DNA of 64,000 nucleotides. Source: Vicugna vicugna. Its lineage: Eukaryota. The position numbers were made by a program, and so were the translations under genes. Of this stretch, positions 26,285 through 41,277 are shown piece by piece; the first letter of the stretch is position 1; every line of letters begins with the position of its first letter. The stretch is taken from NCBI GenBank assembly GCA_013265495.1, contig MU057651.1, positions 1,933,674-1,997,673 of the forward strand. The letters run 5' to 3'. The notes beneath the pieces were generated by a model that worked only from the letters and a program-made list of their open reading frames with translations, was not told the DNA's origin and searched no databases.

Positions 26285-29200
26285 AAATGCTTATGAAATA
26301 TCTTCCATCTGCACCAAAAAATCAGGACATTCGTAATCTTCCCAAATGCTTATTTATCCCCACCTGGTCTCTTCATCCCAAGAGTGTGTCTTTACAGACA
26401 CGCATCACGTTTAGGGACGAGCCTTCACCAGGAGCAAATAGAACTTCTCCCGGCGACCTCAGAAGAAGGAAAGGAGGTAAGCAGCGCCTGGTTCATGATT
26501 TGTTGTCCTGTTTTGGGGCATCGGGGCTGTTTCTGACGAGCTCATTTCGCTCCACTTATGACTGTAGAAATGATGGTTGAAGGCGGCTTTTGTTCTCGCC
26601 CGTCGCTGCAGCTGCGTGGGCCTGTGTTGAGGGAAACTTGATGGAGTATTGACACTACTTTATGAAAGCTCTGTCAGGTTTTATTTGTGCAAATGACAGC
26701 TGAGAGACCCAAGCGACTGTCACTTATTATAAACCGCATCAAAGGAAGTACGCAGATGGGAGCGAAATAGACTGAGCGCTGAGCTGGGGCCAAAAACTGA
26801 AGAAAAAAAAAAAAGATGGAGGAGGGCAGGAAAAAGATAAGTCGTGCTCATTTCTGTCACGGAAAAATACCATTTAATGAGTAATTCATTCTCTATTCAC
26901 CCTTATCAAATGTGAATGAGGACTCGTTAGCTCCAACTAAGAATGTTTCAAACTAGACTTTACGGAAACATCTGTAGAAAAATCTCCAGTGCCTCTGATT
27001 TCTTTATAATTTCACGTTTGCTAAAGGAAGTGGCTTTTTTCCTTTTGCCTTGGAGTGACAGGACTTCTATCAGATTCACGCATGTGCTCTAGCAAGAGGA
27101 ATCGCAAATATTTTTTGAGATATGCTAATGAGCGCTTCTGGGCACAGTGGGCACAAATGATCACATCGTACCTTTCATAAAAGTGTCTGTAAAAGGGCCC
27201 CCTTTGCTAAGGCTGCTCACTTTCCAGATATTTAGGACCGTTTGACGTCTGGCCTCTTCCCTGACCACCTGTAATTTCTTCTACAAAATCCCCACCCTGA
27301 CCCCCCTTCTTCACTCCTTCTCAAGTCACCCCAGTTTCCAGTCTTGCCTGATTAATTTCCATTTTTGACACAAACATGCGTTTTCAGCCTCGGTGTCTCT
27401 GTGCAATTAGGGGTAAGAATAGAGTGTTTCTACTCTTCATGAGACATTTCCTGCAAAAGTCCTTCCTTCACGAGGGGTCATGAAAACGTCCAGGTGAGGA
27501 GCATGGAATCTGCATTAGGAAATGACTTTGCGCGTCCCTTCGGCCGCCCCAAAGACGTTTTCCTCTTCAGAAGGCAACCAGCACAGAACCTGGAAGTTTC
27601 CAGCAGGAAAACAGGAAGCAAGATGTCAAACATGAAACTGAGGTGAAACTTCCAGGCTCTGAGTGAAATATACTCATTTCTGCTCAACGTCTGGCCGGAG
27701 GCATCTTTGGCACATGGAACTGACACCACCTCGTGTTTCCACCTGCCTCAGTTGAACTTCAGCCGGTCACAGGAAATACTCATTTGGGAGACATTCCCCC
27801 TCAGAGTAATTTATTGCTTGTCTCTGAAGAAAGTTTTTTTTTTTTTGCAATCAATAGTTGCTTATTCCATATTAGCTCCCTGTCATAATATCAAGATAAA
27901 AATGAAAGGTAACCTTTTCTGCTGTCAACGAGCTGTTTAATACGAATTCCAGCATATTCTGACCAGCTTGAGAAGAAAGGATAAACGCAAAGGTTTTAAG
28001 GCTGAGTATTGAGAATCGTCGATACGTATTAATTTATTCATGTTTTAAATTAAGGACCTCCACGCATAATAAAAATGACAAGCGCACAGATCATTGAAAG
28101 ATATTCAGGAAAACATGCTGAAATGTACTGAAGGAAAAGAAAGGGAAAATAAGGTCAAATCTTTCACGTAACACTAACACCAACCCAGTGTAACACCCTT
28201 TAATGGAAAGGAATTGAACACAGCCTATAGGTCAGATGGTGTAATTTCATATCTGAAATGTTATAATCAGATTAAACAAGATTGTGAAGATGTTTTATTA
28301 AATTCCTGGGCAAACATTTCAAAAGGAGCTTTCTCATCAGGGACTTGGTTATTTAAACTCTGAGAGAGTTGGGTGTTTTTCTTCCATAAATAAGTTTCTG
28401 CTGGTCCCCAGTGAACCCCAGACCTTCCAGACAGACCATGCAGATGACTGGCAGCTGGTGAAGGAGGCGCCCAGGGCTGCCTGTGAACTTTGACTCAGCC
28501 ACTGAAACCAGAAACAGCCATGGTCCCTCCCAAGGCGAGACCAAAGCTTTGTCAGCTAAAATTTGTAGACTGCAGTTAAGCCAATGCTGAGCGGGAATTC
28601 TATAGCAATAAATGCGTACACTGGAAAAGAAGAAAAATCTCAAACCAATAATATACACTCCCACTTAGGAAGCTGGAAAAAGCAGCACAAAAGAAATGCA
28701 AAGCGAACGGAGGAAGGAAATAATAAAGAGGTGAGCAGCAGTCACTGAAACTGAAAACAGAAAACCAAGAGGAAAAAAAATCGATGAAACCAGGAGTTGG
28801 TTTTTAAGCAATAAAATGACCCAGTCTCTAGTTAGACTCACATTTTGAAAAAGACACAAATTACTAAGAACAGGAATGAAACAGGGGTATCCCTGCTGTT
28901 ATCGAAATGATAATAAGGAAATACTGTGAACAGCTCTACACATACACACTTTACAACCAGTAGACCAATTCTTCTAAACGCACAAATGACCGTTAACTCG
29001 CTAAATATGAAACGTTATCATTTGCAAACCCTACAACTGTTAAGGAAACTGACTTCACAAATTAAAGGAAAAAAAAACACAAGAAAGAAATTTCCAGACC
29101 CACTAGAATTCATTGGAGAATTTTACCAAACGTTCAAAGAATGACCACCAATTTTACACAATTTCTTCCAAAAAATACAAGAGGAGGTAACACTTCTCAA

Positions 29201-29543
29201 CTCATTTTAAGACACTAGTATGACTTTGATATCAAAACGTGACGTGAAAAGAAGGGCACATATCAAATAAAACTACATACCAACATCTCTCATGAACTTA
29301 GAGGCAAAAATCCTCTGTACAACTTTAGGAAAGTAAACCCAGCAATGTATAAAAAAGGATAATACTCCATGAGTAAGTGATATTTATTTCAGATATGCAA
29401 GATTGTTTCCATATTCAAAAATAAATCACTGTAGTGCACCGTTTCAATAGATTAAAGAAGAAAAATCATATTATTATATAAATTGAAGCAGAGAAAGCAT
29501 TTAACAAAATCCATCTGTTCAGGTTGAAAACTTTTCGTTACTG

Positions 29544-29904
29544 TGTTAAAAGGTAAACTGAGGCACATTAAATTTGTCAAGAGTTTACTTGAGCAAAGAT
29601 TGATTTGAATCAGGCAGCACCGACCTGAAGGTGGTTAGGAGCTTCCACCCACAGGATTTAGGGAAGAGGATTTATATAACAAATACATAAACAAAACAAG
29701 GGAGCTGTGTGAATGGCTATACCTTGAACGGTTTCCTTATTTGGAAAAGCCCAGCAGGCCATTTGTGACGTGTTGTTCTTATGTTCAGATGCCTTGATCT
29801 TGAGACTTTTGTAAGAAATGACTCTAGTTTAGGTTTGGGTTTGCTCCCGAGGCATTACACCCACCACCGTCTAATGGCTCCTTGTCTGATCACTTACTTT
29901 AACA
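29544..29904. mobile_element. ERV1-class solo LTR inserted in L1
   Basis: tgttaaaaggtaaactgaggcac...ttactttaaca with TGT/ACA termini; L1 sequence resumes on both sides. Confidence 0.75.
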
Positions 29905-30024
29905 ATTAGGCATAGAAGGAAACTTCCTCAACCTCTTTAAAAATTCTATTAAAAAATCTTAACAGTGAACATCATACTTACTGGTGAAATATTAAACAAT
30001 TTCCCTCAAAGATCAGAAACAAGG

Positions 30025-30252
30025 GAGTTGTCAAAATGCAGAATAGATAAACAAGATAATACTATACAGCACAGGGAAATATACACAAGATCTTATGGCA
30101 GGTCACAGAGAAAAAAATGTGACAATGAATATATATATGTTCATGTATAACTGAAAAATTGTGCTCTACACTGGAATTTGACACAACATTGTAAAATGAT
30201 TATAAATCAATAAAAAAAAGTTAAAAATAAATAAAGTAACTAACAAAAAAAA
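30025..30252 (+). mobile_element. Young camelid-type L1 3' fragment
   Basis: Matches the 3' UTR at 52975-53170; TSD agaaacaagg at 30015-30024 and 30253-30262. Confidence 0.9.
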
Positions 30253-31229
30253 AGAAACAAGGCAGTTGTATTTGTTCCCTCTGCCCCTATTCAGCAGAGT
30301 ATCAGAATACTAGCCACTGCAATAAGACAAGAAAAATAAAAGCCATAGAGTCTGGAAAAGAAGAAATGAAATTGTCACCAGTTGCAGACTATCTAGGGTA
30401 TCCCAAGTAACTAACAAAACAAAACTCCTGAAACTAATAAGTGAGTCCAGTAAGGTCATGAGATGAAACAATCAACACACAAAAATCAGGTGCCTTTCTG
30501 TCGGTTAACAATGAACCAGTTCACATGGAAATTTAAAAAAACACACTACTATTTACAATGGCTTTAACAGAAATAAAATACTTAGGCATACATTTAAGAA
30601 AACATGCCCAAGATCTGCATGCTATAAAATTATAAAATTAGAAAGAAATAAAAGAAGACTTATGTACATGGAAAATCATTCTGTGTTCATGATTGAAAGA
30701 CACAGATTGGAAAGATGCCAATTCTCCCTAAATTGAATGCAATTCTCACCAAAATCTCAGCAAAGTTTTTTTTTTTAATAGGCAGACAAGATCCTTTCAA
30801 CATTTAAATGCAAAGGGAAAGTCTTAGAACAGCCAAAACGATTTTGAAAAAGGACAACAAAGTGGGAGGAATGATTCATCGCAACGTTAGAGCTTACTGT
30901 TGAGCCACGGTAAAGAGACAGAGACACAGGCAGAAGAATTGGAGTGGGAGGGGCCGTGTCTACAAAGACGTAGCACAATGGGGATTTGCAGGGTGATGGG
31001 ATTTTTCTGTATTCTTATTACAAGACTCTATGCATGTGTGCATTCATATACGAAGTGATGAAATGCCTGGGAAATTTCTGTGAAAAAATTTAAAATATGA
31101 AATGGATCAATGGAGCAATGAGCATATGTGGCGATTTATTGCTATTCATTGAATCTGGATGAAGACCCCTGACTTGCATTATTCCTTCTATTTTTGTGTA
31201 CGTCTGCAAATTTCCCTCCTCTGTCCCTT

Positions 31230-32150
31230 CACACACACTTTGTGTTCTGAACCATCTGAATGGAAGCTGCGACTATGTAACCAGTTCACCCCTTAATGCC
31301 TAACTTTATTTCCTAAATAAAATTACTCTCTTACATAACCACAGGACAGAACCAAAAGTAAAAAATTAATGTTACTGACAAACAGACAGCATTATTTAAT
31401 TTTCACAAATTGTTTTAATAGTTTTCTTTATAGATTTGCAATCCCACCCGAGATCATGTATTTCATTTAGTTGTCATATATTTTTGCCCTCCTTCAGCCT
31501 GAAACAATTCCTCTCACTTTTTGTTTTTCATTAGTTTGCTACCTTGGTAACCATGGCAGTTTTGGGCGGAAGAATCAGAGAAACAACGGTGTGTCCTCTG
31601 CATCAGGAGCACGTGACCTTGAGTTCTTCTGCTACTGGTGATACCAAATGTTTCACTTTGTTACAATGATGGCTGGGTTCTTTCTGCACAAGTAAGTTAA
31701 TTAATAATTACATTTCATTTATTCATTAACACTTAAATAAAACAAAACAGAAGATATCTTGACACTATGTGAGTATCCAACTCCACATCAAACTTTGATA
31801 TACCGATTTTAGCAGCTGCTGCCAATTGTTTGAATCCATTATCACTGTGATGGCTGCAAAATGGGGGCTTTCTAATTCGATCATCTCATTTGTATTTATT
31901 AGTGGGTCCTCTCCTGTAAGACAGAGCTCACCTCTCCTCCTGACATATTGATTTATATCAACGTGGACTCATAGATTCCTGTTTAACTCAATGTGTCACA
32001 ATTCATCAGTATCATTATTTATTTTGAGTTCAGTATTTCCCAGACTCAGCCACAGGGAAATCCTTCAAGCTGGCTCCTGTGTTCTTCTGACAAGTTGCGT
32101 GGTTCCTTGAGCACTTTTTCACATCCTAGCGCAGCAAGGTGTTTCCGGTT
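31230..32150 (-). mobile_element. Ancient L1 (L1MC-like) 3' region
   Basis: actctcttacataaccaca, tttcatttagttgtcatat, ccttcaagctggctcctgtgttcttctgaca motifs. Confidence 0.65.
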
Positions 32151-32354
32151 CCTCTTGCACATTCTCGGCTCCCACTCTGTTCTCAAGAATTGCCTCTCCT
32201 TTGCTGTTGCGCTGTCTTTGCTTCTGGTTCCTCTGGGCAGACAGAGCTGGAAAACAAGCTTGTCGACATGCACCACGTCTGCATCTGTTTCTTTGTTTGA
32301 CTCCTATAAATGCTAACAACCATGAGACCACGTCTTGACCTTGGGATTCTGATC

Positions 32355-33180
32355 CAGTTCCACCTCACATCTGTCAGAATGGCCATCATCAAGAATACAA
32401 AAATAACAAGTGTTGGCGAGGATGTGGAGAAAGTGTAATCCTCCCGCCCTGTTGGGGGAACTGTAAAGGGTGCAGCCATGATGGAAAACAGTATGCAGTT
32501 TCCTCAAAAAGTTAAAAATAGAACTACCCCTATGATCCAGCAGTTTTATTTCCGAGTACTTGCCCAAAGCAAACAGATGCACAAACTCAAAAAGATATTT
32601 GCACACCAGTGTTCGTTGCAGCATTGTTTACAACAGCCGAGACATGGCAGCATCTTAGTGTCCATCAGTAGAGAAGATGTGGTGTATACGTACAATGTAA
32701 TGTTACCCAGCTCCAAAACATGAAATCCTGGCCTCCAGGACCACATGAATGGAACCAGAGGGTACGAGGCTAAGTGAATAACTCAGTTGGAGAAGGACAA
32801 ATACCGCAGGACTTCACACATGTGGGGAAATCTGAAAAGCAGAACAAACAAAACAAGATGGAAACAGACTCACAGCTTCAGAGAACAAACACGTGGTTGT
32901 CAGAATAGAGGGGGGTTGGGGGGACAGGAAAAACAGACAAAGGGTTTTCAGACGTACAGTCCCCCAGTTGTATGATAAATAAATCAGGCCTATGATAAAC
33001 AGCATAAGGAATATGGTTAATAATATTGCAACAACTCTTTTATGGGGCCAGGTGTTTAATAGACTTATTGTGATCATTTCACAGTACATGCAAATGTCAA
33101 ATCATTACGCATTACACCTGAAGCTAGCATAATATTGTACATCTACTGTATTTCAGCTAAAAACTGAAATAAAAATAAAA
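32355..33180 (+). mobile_element. L1 (L1MA-like) ORF2 end and 3' UTR
   Basis: cacctcacatctgtcagaatggccatcatcaag, aacaagtgttggcgaggatgtggag, tacacctgaagctagcataatattg and an A-rich tail. Confidence 0.85.
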
Positions 33181-34374
33181 GCCACGCTTTCATTTCATCT
33201 TCAAGGCTGGCTCTGTTAATTTTTTTACTTCAGTATAGTACTTACATTTACAACGGTCACTTAAGCTCATGTCGGTAGATTGAATTATGTCTCTGCTACT
33301 CGCTCTCAGACACATTCCTGTTTTCTGCATTTGATTTATGAGTCAAGCACAGGACTAATTGAAGGAAAAAACAATGTCTTTCTGTGGCTTTGATGTCATT
33401 CATTATAAAACTCTTCTTCAAAGAGTCTTTGGATTATGTCTCCGGAATGACAGAATGAACACAAATTAGTTTTTTCTAAAGCCAGCAACTGGTGATTAAG
33501 TTTTGTCGTATTTTCTGTAGATTACAGCCTCATGGCTGTGGAAATGGTAGAGCAATTCTCTAAGCTGAAGGTAGCTGATGCCTTAAGTGCTTAGCATTTT
33601 CTGTTATGAGATTCTCCCTGCCAACGCAGTGGAAGGAAATTCGTTCTGAAGATAAAAGCTAACTGTGGTGTTTAGCTATTAAGGATGATTTAGTGGTTAG
33701 CAACTTAATATTCCTCCCACAGCCAACCACCGAGTAATGGCATAGATCTTGTGATTAAAATGTTTACAAATAGGTATTCTTGAAGGTTGTTTGCATGAAT
33801 ATCTCAAACACTAAAAGTCAATAAATCTCTGCCCAGCGCTGAGAGCGTTATTTAACTAATTGGATAAATTGCCAAGTTTTACAAAGCAATTTCAGACTGC
33901 TGGATTTACAGTGCAGCAGGGCTGATCTCTATTTAAAATTCCCATTACAAGATAAACGTTCACAAACAAATTCTGAGACTTGACGTCATACCAATAATAC
34001 ATCTGGCAGAACAAGAAGACATACTTAAGAAACTAAATTTCTTTTTTGAAGCCACAGCTTTGGGTCACATATTATGATATATATAATGATAGTTTTTGCG
34101 TTCTGCTAATTTTTTTTCTTTGCTTTACTTTCTCCCCCTCCAGGTTAGAAGAGACTTGAGAATTTTTCAAATGAATATTGTTACATGGGCTTTAGAAAGA
34201 ATATCAACAATGCTAAGGCATATTGTGGAAAAGCAACTGAAAATATGTGAACACTCTGGCAAATTAGTCCACCGGCAAGAATTGATTGCACATATATGCT
34301 TGATCATTATGGGCTAAGGCAGAAATAATTGGGTGTTTTTTGTGTGTGTTTGCCATAAAGATGATCACTATATT

Positions 34375-34530
34375 CGTTGGTCAGAATTCCAATGCTGTCA
34401 CCTCCTGGCTGTGTGACCTTTTAATATTTCTGTAACTGAGATTGTTTATTCAATAAGTAAAAATAGGGGAAATAAAAACATGCACTTCAGTAAGCTAACA
34501 CATAGAAAAACATTTAGAACATCATTAGCA
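34375..34530 (+). mobile_element. MIR remnant
   Basis: tcacctcctggctgtgtgacctt...taaaaatagggga. Confidence 0.45.
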
Positions 34531-34939
34531 ATCAACATTACCACTGTTTTTGAAAGACATTATTTGAATCAATATTATTAGAGATATTGGCCAATATTAG
34601 AGAATTTGGGGGGGGGTCTCCCACCCAAGTCACAGAGCTTTGTAGACAAGTCTATTTGAGCTGATGGTCGGACCCCTACGTCCCCCTCTTTCTTAGCCCT
34701 CCACCATCCTGAATTTATACCTAGTGGTCATGCAGATTCTATTTTTTTAAATATTAGAATGTTTTCTGTATAATCTGCCCTTTGCTTTCATTAATGACTC
34801 CTTTAATTTTGATTTTAGACTGGACATGGAATGATGACTCAAACATTGCCTGTTTATGCTGAGTGATTTCTCATTTGCTTTTGGAAGTGTTTCGAGTTTA
34901 TAACCACATGTTATAAGCCAAGGAACTATTAACTTGATT

Positions 34940-35070
34940 TCCCTTCACTCATTAATTTATTCCATAAACATGCATTCATCCACTTCTATATACTAAACAC
35001 TGTTCAGTGCTGGGGGCGGAAGAGTGAATGACGTCGATGAGGACTCTGTGCTTCGTAAGTTTCATAGGCT
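34940..35070 (-). mobile_element. L2 3' end remnant
   Basis: ttcactcattaatttattccataaacat...cactgttcagtgctggggg. Confidence 0.45.
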
Positions 35071-38000
35071 GCTTAAAACACAGGGAAATAGAAGCCTTCA
35101 TCAAGTCACCGACAGTCGGGTAACAGAGATGTCTCCTCTCTCCTCTCAAGGGACACAGTGGTTTGGAGGATGGGGCACGTGGAATGCTGGGGTAAAGCAC
35201 TGATTGTCTTGACCTACTTAAATCTTAGTCAGAATGTTTTCCATTGCACTTTGTGTAAGGCGTGAATAGGAGAAGGTTTCAGTCCACACCCATTTCAGGC
35301 TGTTTTGTGATGTGCTGCCTTCACTTGAGAATTAACACAGAGTTCTTTCAGAGAAAGGTGCATGGCAGGGGCAGGAATGGAATATCCCTGGGCTAAAATA
35401 ACTGAGCCCTGAGAGGATAAACAGGGAATCTCAGGGTCAGGAGGGGGATAGTTGCAACCAATCGCCAAGGAGTCTTTTGGGATACTCTGGATGCCAAAAC
35501 CAGAAAAATGGTACCAAAAATCACAGATGTCAGTGAGGACTGGCTGTTCTTTAGATGAAACCAGCTACAGCTCACATGTCTTTTCACTTTTTTCCTTCCT
35601 CATGGAAGAATGCTTTCATTCCGGAGACCTAAAAGTTGCAATTTGTCCATCTTTGCCCAGTAGCCTTATAGCAAACCCCGCATATCCTGGCCATGAAGTT
35701 CTCAATTAAACCCAAACTGTAAAAATGTTTCCATCTGCACCACATCTTATTTGTGAATTTTGTTGAACAGGGGGCATCCGTTCTCGGGAGGGGCCCTTCA
35801 TACAGCAGCCATTCAGAAGTTACCTTCACTCCACCACACACAAACACACACACACACACACAGCATCCCAGTAAGAAGTAACTTAGATTTTTTTCCACAC
35901 AGCAGTGAGCGCGCTGAAATATTTTTGCTACATTTCCACCAGTAATTTTCATCGTGCGCTGAACAATTTTATTTTTTGTCAGAATATAGAAAACAAATTA
36001 ATCTTCTCGTTCTATTTAAGTTACCCATTTATTGGCTTTAGAGTGATGCATTCCCCAAAATATCAGTCTAGTAGGTCCACTATTTTGTTCCCCTACCATG
36101 ACCCTAATTTATCACGTACCTAATTGTGGCTACAGGTCCCTAATATACGACCCTTTCTTCTTGCTGTGGCCCTGCATCTATTAGATCCTTAACTTTGGCT
36201 TCCTTAATAGTGATTTTATGGGCCTCTGTGCCATTCCTAGGCACAGGACATTCTTCCATGGTTTCCAATCACATATAATATAGGGTCAATCTTGAAGCCA
36301 TCTTGACCCAACACCAGCCTACCTTTACTCAGAATATTCTCTGCGCTCGCCCACCAGGTTGCTCACAACCCACTCCCTGGACAAGAGAGCCTTGGTGCAG
36401 CTTATAGTGTTGTCTTCTCCTTGCATGAACTCCAGGCTTTATCTTTTAAAACATAATTCAAATGTCAGGCCATCACCATCCCCTTCCTTATTCTTCAGAC
36501 AAGTTTCTGAGCTCTCCATGTACGACTCCTCTGCTTGCTTTGACGTTCGGATAAAATGATTTGCTGGGACCGTGATTGGAGGGGCCTGTGGGGCCTGCAT
36601 TTCCCCACAAGCTTACGGATTCCTGGAGCAAAAGGAGCACACCTTGGCTTTCTCATCTCGAACCTTCACGACTTCCTGGCATGTCTGATTCCATCGCTTT
36701 ATGAGAAATTACTGTACGTGGACTTGGTTCACATGATGATGAAGGGGCTGATGGAAAAAAAAAAGGTTGATGATTTTTGTGCCTCAGTGCCTTCGTTGAG
36801 CAGTCGTGTGGGATGCTGAGGAAGAGAGATCAGATTTATGCTCTGACAAATGGGCGTGTGTGCAACGCGTATTCTCCAAACACTCTTCAACCCAGCATCT
36901 CCTCACCACGACACAGGTTAGCGTCGCAGGTTCCAGGAAGAAGAACCTGAGATGTGAAGAGCTGAATGACCAGTCATGTGACCTTCGAGATACAGCTGTA
37001 AGTTAGTCTTGCTCACGTCAGCATGGGGATCTGTAATGTAGTCAAAATAAGTTTGGGAAAGTTGCTGTCAGCTTTTATTTTATATTGTCAGCAAGTTCCT
37101 AGAGCGTTGTTTTATGTTATTAACTCCTATTGCATTCACCCTCGTTACTCCATAAACATATGGTTATTAGATTTAGAATGTTATTAGCATAAACGCAATC
37201 TCAAGTAACATGGAAATTAACACGGGAAACTCAGAAGCAGCTGAGAAACAGTTTGCATTGCCTATTAGCATAAAGGGACGAGCAAGTGATTGGTGATTCA
37301 GAAACAACAGGACAGCCACACAGTTTACAGGGCAAAACATTATGCAGTGATAAGAGGGGTGTTTGGACAGTCATTAAAAATGTCCTAACTTCTGCTTCTT
37401 CAAAGTTCTAAGCCAAATTTATTATAGGTGGGGGCAAAAATATTTATTATATTTTCTTTGGCTGTTCTGACCCTCTTGAAGGTCCTTGCAAAGAGTGATG
37501 GTGCAAAGGTAAGAATTTAGAAGGGATCTTTTATCTTGTACCCAGCAGCTCAGCAGCATCCTGGTACCCACTGACCTTGTCTGGCATTCTGCAGACTTTC
37601 CAGAAATAAGGTTTTATTGTACTGCACAGCGCTATAAAATCTGGTTGTCCCCTTCCATGGGGACAACAACTTGGAGGAATCCTAAGTATATAAACTATGA
37701 GACTGGGGGCGAACTGACATGTCATCCCAAAGAAGAGCTGGATTATTCTTGAGAAAGTCAACAGTCCTCCCATCTCGATGCCATTTTTATTCAACAAGAG
37801 GGAAAGTCAGTGACGATGCCTTGAAATTATTGAAAAGTTACATTTGCTTGAGATAGTCTCTGAGGTACTCCCAGCGAGAAGGTGGATGCCAAAAAGTAGC
37901 ATGAAGATGAAGGAAAATGAACAACTTTTCCAAACATTTTTCGAGTTTCAAGAAGCTCAACATTTTGGAAGCACGAGTACCAACAATGAATAATATCAAA

Positions 38001-38221
38001 ATTAGGTTTTTTTTTAATTTGAAGAATTTTAAACCTACGTTTCAAAAGAGGTAAAATTTTTTTGACACATGCTATGAATCATTATTCAGAGAGAGGGACA
38101 AAATCCTTGTGACCCCCTTAGACTCACTCTGAGCTTTTCAATATGTGCACGGAGCCCTGATGGTTTCTTAAAACATCGAAAAACCGAAGAAGGTATAATA
38201 CCCTGTACAAAAATTTCCCTA

Positions 38222-38286
38222 CACAACACTGTAAAATGATTATGAATCAATAAAAATGTAAAAAAAAAAAATTCAAAAAAAAGAAA
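38222..38286 (+). mobile_element. Ultra-short young L1 3' tail
   Basis: cacaacactgtaaaatgattatgaatcaataaaaatgt plus A tail; TSD aaaaatttcccta at 38209-38221 and 38287-38299. Confidence 0.9.
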
Positions 38287-38311
38287 AAAAATTTCCCTAA
38301 CTTAAAAAAAA

Positions 38312-39759
<1,448 letters not shown>

Positions 39760-40540
39760 TTGGTCCTTGAACTTTTTACCAATTTTTTTTCTAAAATTTC
39801 TAAAATGATTTCTTATTTTTAGTTAGTTAAAAATGTCTTAAGCTGGAATGTCAAAAATGTGAATGCTAATACAAATTACGTATTTTGTGCTTTCTATGTG
39901 GTAGACCCTGAGTTACAGGCTTCAGACATGTGATTGATACGTGTGTTACCTCTCCACAACCGTCTTCTGATGGAAGGCATCACTGGGGAAAGATGGGGCA
40001 GCGTTGCCAGGACCAGGGGTGTCTGAGTGGCATCACTCAAGTCACGGTTCTGAATCCACTGGTCCCTCCCTCTGGGGCTCTGGGGATGACCCAATCTCTT
40101 CCAGTGTGAGTTACGGTTCGAATTGTCCATCACAAAAACACTTTATGTGACAGTGCTCAGTTTTAAGCAATTTTTTTCAGAAAGCTTTATTTTCACAAAA
40201 AATAGCTTTTGCCTTTGGTCTTCTCATTTTTACTGACTCTACTCTCATTTCATATTGCTTGTTTTATGCAGTCCTATTATGGCATTGCTCCTGCTGTGAG
40301 GCAAATAAATCACTTGTGGGAGGAAACAATATATCCAGGTATACATAACCAGGTGGCTGTCTGTGTGCGTATAAATCAAACTGCAAACTTTACAGCAGGG
40401 ACAACAAAAGCTGCTATTTTATTTTATTTTTCTTTTGAAGTGATTGTGACATAAATGAGCCAAAGATGGGCTCTGAAGATTGGTCCTAAGCTGTGTACGT
40501 TTTCATAGCAGGAGCTCGGAAGTCGGCTGGCTCCAAATTT

Positions 40541-40845
40541 AAATGTTTATGCATTCCATAAATATATATTATATATTAAAAATTAATTATATTAAATCAA
40601 TAAATTCTATTATTTTATAATATATTATATATAATAATAAACAAATGTTTATGCATTCCATAAATATATATTATATATTAAAAATTAATTATATTAAATC
40701 AATAAATTCTATTATTTTATAATATATTATATATAATAATAAACAAATGTTTATGCATTCCATAAATATATATTATATATTAAAAATTAATTATATTAAA
40801 TCAATAAATTCTATTATTTTATAATATATTATATATAATAATAAA
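40541..40845. repeat. Perfect tandem triplication of a 102-bp AT-rich unit
   Basis: Units start at 40541, 40643 and 40745 (aaatgtttatgcattccata...); identical by eye. Confidence 0.95.
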
Positions 40846-41277
40846 TATAAATTAATAAATATTAAAACTTAATATTAAAATGCATAAAATAAATATAGTC
40901 CAGATAAACAGATTTTCAGCCATTCAGAATGCACTTCGTTTTCATACTCAACATCTGTTAACTGCAGATGAGATGAACCCAGGGATGGTGAAGACGGGAG
41001 GCCACCATACCCTCCAGAGGGCACTGACCCAGAGACTCCTCCTGGCTGCCCACTCAGTGACCTTGCCTGGATGATCCCCTCCTCTCAGGGTTTCCCAGCC
41101 CTCCTCCTTCTCTATGCATCACCCCGCAACCAAGGCCTCTGGATGTCAGGGACCTCCCCTGGGTACAGACTTGTCAAAGCACCCCAAATAAACCTCGTGT
41201 GTGCTACTGCACCTGGTGGTCAGATTTTTCTCCTTGCTCATCCCCACCCTCCCCCAAACTCACTATTGTGATGAAAC

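Larger units (their letters stand above)
28590..30920 (+). mobile_element. Old L1 ORF2 region, decayed, with nested LTR and young L1 tail
   Basis: ORF2 remnants ttcattggagaattttaccaaacgttcaaagaa, gcagagaaagcatttaacaaaatcc, atagaaggaaacttcctcaac, gaacagccaaaacgattttgaaaaagg. Confidence 0.85.
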
